Shown here piece after piece: positions 9,771 to 18,193 of a DNA stretch of 39,431 nt. Both the position numbers and the translations under genes were made by a program. A model generated the notes under the pieces. That model saw nothing but the letters and a program-made list of their open reading frames with translations. It did not search any database and had not been told where the DNA came from. Numbering within the stretch: position 1 is the stretch's first letter; every line of letters begins with the position of its first letter. This DNA is from Chthoniobacteraceae bacterium (lineage in GTDB: Bacteria; Verrucomicrobiota; Verrucomicrobiia; Chthoniobacterales; Chthoniobacteraceae), in assembly GCA_040081625.1 (NCBI GenBank), contig JBEBGD010000046.1:1-39431 (forward strand). The letters are read 5' to 3'.

Positions 9771-10676
9771 ATGTCTCAACCCATCGATTCACGCCAGCTC
9801 CGCGCCTTCGCGTCACTCGCCCGCACGGGTAGCTTCACGCTCGCGGCGAAGGAACTTCATCTCACGCAAAGCGCGGTCAGCCATTCGATGAAGGCGCTCG
9901 AGCGCGAAGTCGGTTGTCGGATTTTGGACAAGATGGGCAAAAAAGTGGTGCTCACCGAGGCCGGCGAAGGCCTGCTCGTGCATGTCGAGCGCATCCTCGC
10001 CGAGATGGCGCTGGCCCGCGCGGAGCTCGACCAGCTCGGCAAGTGGGGCCAGACGCGGCTGCGGCTGGGCGCGAGCGCGACGGCCTGCGCGCACATCCTG
10101 CCGACCGTGCTGCGCGAGTTCCGCGAGAGCTTCCCGCAGTGCATCATCTCGATCGAACCGGGCGACACGCCGGAGATGATCGCCGCGCTGCGGGACCGGC
10201 GCATCGATCTCGCCGTGAACCTCGAGCCGCGCCGCGACGAACCGCTGACGTTCCGTCCGCTCTTTACCGACGAGCTGGCGTTCGTGCTCAGCCCCGCGCA
10301 TCCGTGGGCGCGTGCGGGGCGCGTCGAGCGGGCGGACATCGCCACGCAGCACTACATCCTCTACGGCAAGCGCAGCTACACCGCGGAGATGATCGACGAA
10401 TACTTCCGCGATGAAGACATCGTGTTGCACAGCTCGATCGATCTCGGCTCGATGGAGGCGATCAAGGAACTCGTGAAGCTCGGCCTCGGCATCTCGATCC
10501 TCGCGGCGTGGATGTGCCGGAAGGAAATCGAAGCGCGCTCGCTGGTGGCACTCCCGCTCGGCAGACGAAAGCTGCGCCGGCGGTGGGGCGTGCTGCACTG
10601 GCGTGGGCGCCGGCTCTCGCTCGCGGAGGAGACTTTCATCGGGCTTTGCGAGCAGGTGGCGGAGCGGTTTGAGTGA
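9771..10676 (+). CDS. LysR-family transcriptional regulator
   Basis: QLRAFASLARTGSFTLAAKELHLTQSAVSHSMKALEREVG HTH, then substrate-binding domain with SMEAIKELVKLGLGISIL. Confidence 0.93.
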   Translation: MSQPIDSRQLRAFASLARTGSFTLAAKELHLTQSAVSHSMKALEREVGCRILDKMGKKVVLTEAGEGLLVHVERILAEMALARAELDQLGKWGQTRLRLGASATACAHILPTVLREFRESFPQCIISIEPGDTPEMIAALRDRRIDLAVNLEPRRDEPLTFRPLFTDELAFVLSPAHPWARAGRVERADIATQHYILYGKRSYTAEMIDEYFRDEDIVLHSSIDLGSMEAIKELVKLGLGISILAAWMCRKEIEARSLVALPLGRRKLRRRWGVLHWRGRRLSLAEETFIGLCEQVAERFE

Positions 10677-10684
10677 TTCACGCG

Positions 10685-10984
10685 ATGCCCGCGAAGAAGA
10701 AGACGGACCAACCGCTCGCCGGCGCAGCCTTGATCAAGGAAACTTGCCGGCGCATCCGTGCGGCGCGCAGCTACTGGGACGCGCACAACAACCGCGCCTG
10801 TCGCGGAGAACGCGGGAAGGCGCTCGCGCTCTACGAGTGCCTCAGCGACGCCGAGCGGGAAAAGGTGCCGCAGGTGCTCCGCGTCTGGCTGCGCTTTCGC
10901 AGTGAGAAATACTTCGGCACGCGCCGGACTAACCCCGGTTTGGTGAAGACCCAAAATGCGCCGTGTGGCGACAGTCGTCGCTGA
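10685..10984 (+). CDS. Small basic hypothetical protein following the LysR gene
   Basis: Host-like codon usage; CRRIRAARSYWDAHNNRACR...VPQVLRVWLRFRSEKYFG; GTG at 10673 overlaps the LysR stop as an alternative start. Confidence 0.65.
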   Translation: MPAKKKTDQPLAGAALIKETCRRIRAARSYWDAHNNRACRGERGKALALYECLSDAEREKVPQVLRVWLRFRSEKYFGTRRTNPGLVKTQNAPCGDSRR

Positions 10985-11024
10985 ACTCAGTCGCTACGTT
11001 GAGGCGTCCCAGCGCCAGCCCGCG

Positions 11025-11028
11025 TAGC
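11025..11028 (+). repeat. Target-site duplication, left copy (TAGC)
   Basis: cgcgTAGC|TGTAGG; identical to 22465-22468. Confidence 0.72.
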
Positions 11029-11139
11029 TGTAGGCGGACGTAAAACTTTCTGACTTTTCCCGTGTCCAATGTCCGCGCGGCGAGGGAAAATCGAAAGGAC
11101 CGCCACGCGGGCGGCTCTTTGAATTGCCAACAGTTTGCA
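11029..11139 (+). repeat. Left end of the element: terminal inverted repeat and putative transposase-binding sites
   Basis: CGTAAAACTTTCTGACTTTTCC at 11039-11060, AATGTCCGCGC at 11068-11078, a partial inverted copy at 11084-11099, and GCCAACAGTTTGCA at 11126-11139; all have counterparts at the right end. Confidence 0.7.
11094..11120 (-). terminator. Probable intrinsic terminator after the ATPase gene
   Basis: AAAGGACCGCC-acgcg-GGCGGCTCTTT imperfect hairpin 25 bp past the ATPase stop, followed by TTTCGATTTT on the minus strand. Confidence 0.5.
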
Positions 11140-11144
11140 GACGT

Positions 11145-12821
11145 TTAGTGGGAACTCAGCTCCGGCTCGCCGGCCGGGCGCACTTCTCGCGTATGCGGGA
11201 TTGAAGGCTCGGCTGGGACCGCTGGAGCGGTTTCGCGGGCACCGGTGACAAAGGCGTGGCTACGGGCGCTGGCACGTTTTGGCTTTGGAGAGCGATCGGC
11301 GGGCGTTGCGAAAGCGTGCGCGAGGGCGAGGTCGGATGGCGCCTTGCGATCTTCGATCGCACGCACCGCATCGGCCAGCGTCACGCGCTCGCGGCCGGCG
11401 TCACGCGCAAGCTCGCGCGCCTCGTCGATGGCATCGCGGACGGCGGCAAGTTGAAGCTCCGCGCGCAAGGTCGCGTAGGCTACGACTGCGCGCACCGCCT
11501 TGCCGTCGGCGTCCACTTCGCCGATGATCCAGCGCCGCTGCGCTTCGCTCCATGCTGCCGTCAATAGCAGCTCGGCGACGGCGCGGAGATCGGCTGCCGC
11601 CGGCCGCTCGGGAAGTTTCGTGTAGCGTTTAACGCGGTGCATGAGCTGCTCGCTTGTCCAGCCGGTTGCCTTTTCCACCTGGGCTTTTAGCCGGGTAAAC
11701 TGATCGGTGCAAATCAGCGCCACGGGAGCGCCGGCATTGACGAGCGCCGTGTTTATCCAGTCGATGATTTCAGGCGCCGCCGACACACGCCGCCCTTTCG
11801 GCCATGCGTGGTGCGCTTCATCGATCACGAGCATCAGGCCCGACGTTTGGAAAAAGGCTTCGATCTTCGCCTGTAGCTCGCAGCTCTTGCGCTGGCACGT
11901 CGCCAGGCCGATCGCTGCCCCGATCTTTTGGAAAAATCCAGTCCGGTGCGTGATGCCGGAGAGGCTCACAAAGCGCGCCTGCCCCGGATGCCGGCGCACC
12001 CATGACTCTGCGGCAGTCGTCTTGCCGCTGCCGGCGAGTCCCTCGACGATCACCATTCGGCCCGTGCGGAGTGCGTAGTCAAGCGTCTCGTGGAGTTTCT
12101 CGCCAAGGCTCGTCGTCACTCCCGGCACGCTGTCCCTTTCCTCAGTCTGCGTTCTCAGCGCCGCGAGGATCGTCCACAGCCTCGCGACGTAGCCTCCACC
12201 TTCGATGCATCCGCCAGCCTCCAATTCCCGCAAGTCGAGCGCGGGATTGATGCAAAGCTCTTCCAAGAGTTCGGCGAGCTGAAGGGAAGGCTCAGGCGTG
12301 CGGCTCGTGCGGTGGCGCGCCGCAAGCTGCGCCTCAGCGCCGCTTGCCTTGAATCGGCAGGCGTCCGCAAGATACTCGACGCTGTTCTTGTCCTGGATCT
12401 TCGCAGCGGTCGCGCGGCCTGGGTTTTCTGCTTCCGAGCGCAGCGCCTTCAATGCATCGTCAAGCCCGTCGCAACTGCGGAAATGTTCGTAAGCGGAAAG
12501 GTTCAGCTCAACACCGATCTTCCCCATCGCCTCTTCGTTGTAGCGCGTGCCGGGCTTCATGCCGAGCCGGTGCATTGTGGCGCTGCCAAGCAAGTGCGGA
12601 AACTCCGCGACGATTCGATCGGCCAGCGCCCGAAACCCGCCGCGTTTGAGCGACTCGGCTTGCAGGAAAAACAGCATCTCACGGTAAGGCGCGAGGTCGT
12701 AGAGCTGCGCTTTCTCGGCGACGAGGTTTCCCGCGATGCCCCGCCGCTCGGCGAACTGCGGCGCGGACATGTAGCGCTCGAATGCGGGGGCGCTGGAATC
12801 GGTTGCGTGTCGGGTGCTCAT
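11145..12821 (-). CDS. MuB/TnsC-like AAA+ transposition ATPase with long N-terminal extension
   Basis: Walker A GLAGSGKTT (G261), Walker B MLVIDEAH, QLMHRV arginine-finger region; ATGA overlap with the transposase stop. Confidence 0.88.
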   Translation of the reverse strand: MSTRHATDSSAPAFERYMSAPQFAERRGIAGNLVAEKAQLYDLAPYREMLFFLQAESLKRGGFRALADRIVAEFPHLLGSATMHRLGMKPGTRYNEEAMGKIGVELNLSAYEHFRSCDGLDDALKALRSEAENPGRATAAKIQDKNSVEYLADACRFKASGAEAQLAARHRTSRTPEPSLQLAELLEELCINPALDLRELEAGGCIEGGGYVARLWTILAALRTQTEERDSVPGVTTSLGEKLHETLDYALRTGRMVIVEGLAGSGKTTAAESWVRRHPGQARFVSLSGITHRTGFFQKIGAAIGLATCQRKSCELQAKIEAFFQTSGLMLVIDEAHHAWPKGRRVSAAPEIIDWINTALVNAGAPVALICTDQFTRLKAQVEKATGWTSEQLMHRVKRYTKLPERPAAADLRAVAELLLTAAWSEAQRRWIIGEVDADGKAVRAVVAYATLRAELQLAAVRDAIDEARELARDAGRERVTLADAVRAIEDRKAPSDLALAHAFATPADRSPKPKRASARSHAFVTGARETAPAVPAEPSIPHTREVRPAGEPELSSH

Positions 12822-15325
12822 TTTTGTTTTCGGTGGGGTTTGGAGAGGGTGATTTCGCCGGACTCGTGAACCTCGGAACTGAGCGCCCGCAGCTCGTCGA
12901 GCGCCGCAAGCGTCTCGTCGGCACGATCGGCGCCGCTGGCGACGAGTTGCTCAGGCATTCCAGCCGCCCGGCTCGCACGCGAAATCTTCTGCCGTGTGAT
13001 TCGTCCCTGCCGCTCGGCGGCGCCCGCGTCCGCTGTGCGCTCGGCGATCTGCTCGCCGCGCGCGGCGGTGCGGCGGTCGATGATGTTCGTTCGGAAGGCC
13101 GATGGCGGAAGGACGTTTTGCGTATCGGCGTAGAGCGCGCGCTGGTAGCCGAGGTGCGCATCGATCTTGCCTTGCTCGCGCGCGAAATCCTCGGCGCTCG
13201 CATCCATCGCCGGCAGCGGATTCAATCGGCGGACGGTGAAAATCTCGCCGCCATGCCCCGGCTCGCAAAAGGCAACTTCGGGCTCGTCGGGATTCAGATA
13301 GACCACGACACGCTGCCCCACACGAGCGCCGGTTTCCGGGCCGACAAAGACGTGCTTCTTTCCGTTCAACGAAAAGCGCAGGCCGTCGGCGCGAATCTCC
13401 AGCGGCACCGTGCGGACGTGCGAAAGCAGGAAGGCGCAGCGGTCATTGAATAGGGCTCGCGGCTCGCCGCCTTGCAGCTTGATCCATCCTTCCAGCGGCG
13501 ACATTCCGCCGAGCATCTCGCCGCGCTGCGGCGTGCGGTTGTAGTCGTCCACGATGCTTTGCAGAGATCCGAGCATCTGCGGCTTGGAGTAGAGGTGCGC
13601 GTCGGCGGCCTCGCGGCCGGTGCGCACCTCGCCGAGCATCCGCTGCGCGCGTTCGTAGCAGTCGTGCCGCTCGTCGCGCCCGACGTAGCCAGGCAGCGCC
13701 TCCATGCGATTCTGCAAATGCCCGAAGACGCGCTCGACGGGCTTGCCGCGCGGAAGCTGCGCGTGCCGGAAGACAAGGCCGAAGTCTTTCTGGAAGCTCG
13801 ATTCGAGCACTTCCCACGGCACGTCCTTCGGCCCGGTGACTAGCCGCGCACGCTGCCAGATGTTTCGCTCGAAATAGAAGCCGCGACGCGGCAACCCGTG
13901 TGCGCGCATGGCGCGGGTCATCAGGCCGCGCACGTGGACGGCGGAGTAAGCGGCCTCTGGAATGAGAACGTGCGCAAGGATGAAAAGCGATCGGAGATCG
14001 ATCATCACGAGCCACTGCCCGCGCATCACTTCCGGGCCGCTCTCTCTATCCTCCCACCAATAGACCGGCGCCGTGGTATCATCGCCCTGCATGAAATCTC
14101 CCGCGCACACTCCGCTCCAATCGCGCGTGTGATGCGGCCCATTGAGCCGCTGCTGGCGCGGTCCGTGGTGAATGTCGCGCAGCGCTTCCACGTCGCACTC
14201 GACGGCGCGGCGAAGGGCGCGAGGTAGCTGCCGTGCCGAAAGAACAGCATGGGTGATTGGCTCGGAAAACAGACCGCCGACGGCGGCTCGGCGGAAGCCT
14301 TCCTCAATACGGCACCCGGCTTCATCGACGATGAAGGCCACGGCGCGCTTGCGCTCCGGTTCGCTGAGCACGTATCGCGGCGCGGCCCCAGAGCGACCCT
14401 TGCGCTTGTCGCACAGCACGCCCGCGTTGCCGCCGGCTTCGCGCCACTGCTGAAACTTCCGCTTCACTGCCGCCTTCATCGCCTCGGGGCTTTTTGCCAG
14501 CGCGATGCCGGTATCGCACAGCACGCGCGCCACAGCACCACGGACCGTTTTCTCGCGGGAACCGTCGGCGAGCCTCGCGGCGATCTGCTCGCATACGATC
14601 GCCCAAATGCGCGCGGCCTCGGCGACGGTTGGGCGGTCGGGTTGATTCACGCTCACGCACGCCGAGTAGATTTCCCGGTCGCACCTGCTGAGCTGCGAGG
14701 GCGCCACTGGATTCCGTCGGCAAACCACTTCGCGCACGTAGAGCGCGGGATCGTCGAAGCACTCCGCGCCGCCGTCGCGTTCGATCGCGCGCTCAAAGAG
14801 CCGGCGCCAATGCCGATCGGTGATCGGCCCGACTTCGCGCGCGTAGTCTTCCATCCCGATGCGCAGCCGCCCGGGCGCGTCCGGTGAGTCGCGCAGCGCG
14901 ATGGCGCGGGCGAGAGCGGCGCGGAGCCGCTGCGCCTCGTCGAGCTGCGCAGGCGCCACATCGCTGAGCGGCACGGCGCGGCCTTGCGCATCGTGCGGCG
15001 TGAAGCGCTGCGCGCTCTCAGCGAGCAGGTGCGCAGCGTCGCGGTAGCCGCGCCGCCGGGCGGCTTGCACGAGCTGTTTGCGCCAGCCCTGGGGAAGCCG
15101 GGCGAACGTCCATCCGGGGGCGAGTTGACCGCGCGTGAGCGGCGAATCTGAGATGCCGTCGGGCTCGATTCCGGCAGCGCTCAGCGAGCGCTGCACTGTG
15201 CGCTTGCCCTTGCCGAGCGCGGCGGCGATTTCCGCAGCGCTGAAAAGCGCGCGCGGCGGCAAGCTGGTTCGGCCTTGCGGCTGGTGATCGATCTCGCCGC
15301 CGTTGTGGTCGAGTGAGTAGCTCAT
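12818..15325 (-). CDS. MuA/TnsB-like DDE-fold transposase, 835 aa
   Basis: N-terminal HTH FSAAEIAAALGKGKRTVQRSL; catalytic core GDFMQGDD...MIDLRSLFILAH...HGLPRRGFYFERN...PRGKPVERVFGHLQ; YNRTPQ...GMSP; Mu-like C-terminal beta-barrel IRADGLRF...VGQRVVVYLNPDEP. Confidence 0.9.
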   Translation of the reverse strand: MSYSLDHNGGEIDHQPQGRTSLPPRALFSAAEIAAALGKGKRTVQRSLSAAGIEPDGISDSPLTRGQLAPGWTFARLPQGWRKQLVQAARRRGYRDAAHLLAESAQRFTPHDAQGRAVPLSDVAPAQLDEAQRLRAALARAIALRDSPDAPGRLRIGMEDYAREVGPITDRHWRRLFERAIERDGGAECFDDPALYVREVVCRRNPVAPSQLSRCDREIYSACVSVNQPDRPTVAEAARIWAIVCEQIAARLADGSREKTVRGAVARVLCDTGIALAKSPEAMKAAVKRKFQQWREAGGNAGVLCDKRKGRSGAAPRYVLSEPERKRAVAFIVDEAGCRIEEGFRRAAVGGLFSEPITHAVLSARQLPRALRRAVECDVEALRDIHHGPRQQRLNGPHHTRDWSGVCAGDFMQGDDTTAPVYWWEDRESGPEVMRGQWLVMIDLRSLFILAHVLIPEAAYSAVHVRGLMTRAMRAHGLPRRGFYFERNIWQRARLVTGPKDVPWEVLESSFQKDFGLVFRHAQLPRGKPVERVFGHLQNRMEALPGYVGRDERHDCYERAQRMLGEVRTGREAADAHLYSKPQMLGSLQSIVDDYNRTPQRGEMLGGMSPLEGWIKLQGGEPRALFNDRCAFLLSHVRTVPLEIRADGLRFSLNGKKHVFVGPETGARVGQRVVVYLNPDEPEVAFCEPGHGGEIFTVRRLNPLPAMDASAEDFAREQGKIDAHLGYQRALYADTQNVLPPSAFRTNIIDRRTAARGEQIAERTADAGAAERQGRITRQKISRASRAAGMPEQLVASGADRADETLAALDELRALSSEVHESGEITLSKPHRKQK

Positions 15326-17085
15326 TTGCCGAGCATCGACTGCGTTGTAGCGATGTCCTTTTGCGCCTTTGCCACCGCCTGCGCCATCACGACATCGTTG
15401 GCTGCGAGCTGTGCGAGCACCGCCGCGACCGAGTCGAGCGCGGCGGAAAGCGAGCCAATCCCAGGAACCGCCGATGCGATGTCCGCCGCCGCGCCATCCA
15501 ACTGCGCTGCCTCTGGCGCCGGCCCCGGCGCAGGGCCTGCCTTTGGAAACCGCTTGCGGAACGCATCCGCGTCCGGTGCGCCGATGTTGCGCGATGGATC
15601 GGCCACGCCCGCCGGCCCCCCGAAGCGCCCGCGCGCCCGCCGCATGTCATGGTCGAACTGCGCCCGCTTCGCCGCCGCCTCCTCTGGAGTCGCCCCGCCG
15701 CGTGCCAGCTCCCGCTCGAACTTCTCCCGCGCCTCCTTGCGCGCCGCGATGCCCTTGCTCCCCTTCGCGCCGACATCGGTGAAGTCCCCGCGCAAGTCTT
15801 CGAGCGCCCGCTTCGCCCGCTCGGCTGCGTCCGCCGCGCGCTCACGCGACTTTGCTTCCTTCTCGGCATCGTCCGCCGCCTTCTCGGCAGCCTTGGCAGT
15901 TTCCTTTTGGTCGATGAGCTGCTCGCGCAGCGCCGCCGACTTGCGCATCTGCGCTTCCAGCTCCGGGTCGCTCACGCCACTCCGGCGCAGCGCCACGATC
16001 TGCGCCTCCAGCTTCTGCTTGCGCTCCAGCGCTGCCGCCTCGCGCTCGTTCCCGGACAGCCGCAGCCCGAGCACCGCCTGCTCATCCGCAGCCCCAGCTT
16101 TCAGAGCAGCGATTCCCTCACGCCTTTTCGCGAGCCACCTCTCCGCCTCCGCCTCCGCCTGTGCTTGCATGGCCAGCCCTTTTTGCTGCGAGGCAAAGTC
16201 CTCGTCGCGCGCCTTCTGCTCGGCCTCCATCGTTTCGTTCTCAGTCTTCCATCGATCGGCGGCAGCCTGCGCGGCTTGTCCGTGTGCGGCGATGAGCGGC
16301 TAGATTCTGGCAGCGAGTTCCTCCCACTTTTGCCCATCCGTTTTTTTATTGAGCGCGCCCTGCTGGGCTTCCAGTTCCGCGATCTTGGCGCGCAGCGCGT
16401 CGAGCTGCGCGACCGGCGTGCCGGTCTTGATCCCGGCCAGCCATCGCTCTGAGCTTTCGGCCGCCTCCAGTATCTTGATCCGCTGCTTCTCGGTCGCATC
16501 GAATACGCTCCTGAGTTGCTCCTGTTCCTGCTCGCCGAGGTTCTTGAGGCCATCGAGCCGTCCGCGCACGGTGTCGGTAATCCCCAGGGTCACCAAACTC
16601 ATCGCCGCGCCATGATCGCGCAGCAAGGTGAGCGTCCAATCGAGCGCCCCCTTCGCCTCGCCGGAAGTTTTCCGCAGCTTCTCGGTAAGCGCGTCGAGCT
16701 GCTGTTGGCTCTTTACCGAAATCTCCGCCACGTCGGCGCCGCTTGTGGCGGCGAGCGCCGTGCGCTGCCACTCCTGCGCCTGCCGCCCGATCGCGTTGCT
16801 GATCTCGTTCACCTGGTCGAGCAGGCCAGTCAGGTTGTCCGCATACTCGAACAGCGAGCCTTGCAATGCCTTCCCGGCCGCCAGCGCTCCGCCCAACGCG
16901 ATCTGCGCCTCGACGCCGGCCATTTCCGCCGCGCCGCCGACTTCGGGCGCCTTGAACAGATCGCCCCCCGCCGCCGCCGGCTTCTCAGCTTCCTCGCGGA
17001 TGTCCCGTATTGCAGCCTTCGCCTTCTCCGCGCCGCTCGTGTCGGCCGTCGTGCGAATGCCGATGTCGATCTGGTTGTCGGCCAC
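15322..17085 (-). pseudogene. Tape-measure-like alpha-helical protein interrupted by a single in-frame TAG at 16300-16302
   Basis: ORFs 16300..17085 and 15322..16230 are in the same frame and the link reads ...LAARI*PLIAAHGQAAQAAADRWKTENETMEAEQK. N-terminus MADNQIDIGIRTTADTSG resembles tail tape-measure N-termini; Ala/Glu/Lys-rich helical body. The tape-measure call is an inference. Confidence 0.6.
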
Positions 17086-17088
17086 GGA

Positions 17089-17586
17089 TCAGCTCGGCAG
17101 CGCCCCGCCTCCGGTTTCATCCACGCCCGCACGATGCGGCGATGGAAATGACAAGGCGCCAACGAGACCGCGCGCGGCGAGGATTCCGCTTTTCACATTG
17201 GCGAGGGCGTTCGCTGTCTCCGATTCACACGCGGCGATCGTGCTCGTGAGTTCAAGCGCCTCCGCGCTGAGTCCGAAGCCCGCGCACGCCCTGACTTGCG
17301 AGATCTCCGCAGCCGTCGATTTAACGGCAGTCGAGAACGCCCGCGCCTCATTCTCAATGACGCCGGCAGCGCGGGCCACGCGTTCGATGAATTCGAGGGC
17401 AGCGGTGCGAGCCAGCGCAGGCGGCGCGGTGCTCAAAATGTGACAGACGCGCGGACCATCAAGGACCAGTTCGGCAAGATCAGCCCTGAGGACATCCAGC
17501 CTTTTGGCGCGGGCGGCGAGTCTTGGGAGCTGGGCGGTTAGCGCGGCAGCCCGTGCGACGACAAGAGCGATGTCGCGATCTTTCAT
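17089..17586 (-). CDS. Hypothetical helical protein in the element operon
   Basis: 165 aa; ATGA overlap with the upstream gene and a 3-nt gap to the downstream gene. Confidence 0.6.
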   Translation of the reverse strand: MKDRDIALVVARAAALTAQLPRLAARAKRLDVLRADLAELVLDGPRVCHILSTAPPALARTAALEFIERVARAAGVIENEARAFSTAVKSTAAEISQVRACAGFGLSAEALELTSTIAACESETANALANVKSGILAARGLVGALSFPSPHRAGVDETGGGALPS

Positions 17587-18092
17587 GGCGTCGCGACGGC
17601 TGGCTTTAACGGCTTGCGGGCACGCGGATGCGGCACGTCGCGGTCATCGAGGAAGGCATCCATTGAACATGTCGCAGCACCGCCAGCCAGTTTTGCAATT
17701 GCCCGCCACCGGTGCAGGTTTCGTGGGCACATCGGCCTGCCGATCTGGCGGAAGTATTCGGCGCTGCCCAGGCGTGCGGCGCGATCCCGCCCGCCGCCAG
17801 CCGCGATGACCTGCTCGGCTGCGAGAACCGCCGCCCGCCGTGCTATAGCCAGCGATTTTCCGAGGGTCGATCTGCGCTCGAATCGCGGCGACGTGCGCGC
17901 GCCTTCAGGCAGCGCCAGGGCGGCGGGTTGTGGCGGCTTGGCGAGCCTGTCGGCGAGGCGCACGATGGCCTCGCAGGCCGCGCGGAACCATGCCGGCGCT
18001 GCGAACGTCACCCGCGCTGTGATGCTGCCGCCACGGGCCGCTGTGGCGCGCCGCCGGGCCGTTGAGTCGGTTGCAAGGCGCGGTTTGCTCAT
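17583..18092 (-). CDS. Basic protein with C-terminal HTH-like segment resembling part of the transposase
   Basis: Start MSKPRLATD at 18092 (ATGA overlap, GGAGG upstream); EYFRQIGRPMCPRNLHRWRAIAKLAGGA. Confidence 0.6.
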   Translation of the reverse strand: MSKPRLATDSTARRRATAARGGSITARVTFAAPAWFRAACEAIVRLADRLAKPPQPAALALPEGARTSPRFERRSTLGKSLAIARRAAVLAAEQVIAAGGGRDRAARLGSAEYFRQIGRPMCPRNLHRWRAIAKLAGGAATCSMDAFLDDRDVPHPRARKPLKPAVATP

Positions 18093-18193
18093 CGCGCCAA
18101 GGCGCCTCCGGGGATGCCGGCCACGGGCGCGGCATCCCCGGTGCGCAGCAACCAAACAGAACGGTGAATAAAGGAGCAGCGGTCCTCGCTCAC
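18089..18193 (-). CDS. 34-aa micro-ORF bridging the coupled operon
   Basis: GTG start overlaps the previous stop (GTGA) and its TGA overlaps the next ATG (ATGA): VSEDRCSFIHRSVWLLRTGDAAPVAGIPGGALAR. Contains a 12-bp perfect hairpin. Confidence 0.45.
   Translation of the reverse strand: MSEDRCSFIHRSVWLLRTGDAAPVAGIPGGALAR

Noticed and set aside
10969..10977. 9-bp direct repeat CGACAGTCG, also at 22361-22369, as an alternative target duplication
   Set aside because: It would give ends without TG...CA and would leave the best terminal inverted repeat (22431-22464) outside the element.
10921..11030. attL-type duplicate of the tRNA-Val 3' end at the far boundary of the island
   Set aside because: Only TGGTG (10941-10945) matches and no tyrosine or serine integrase is present; the TGT...ACA ends with TAGC explain the boundaries better.
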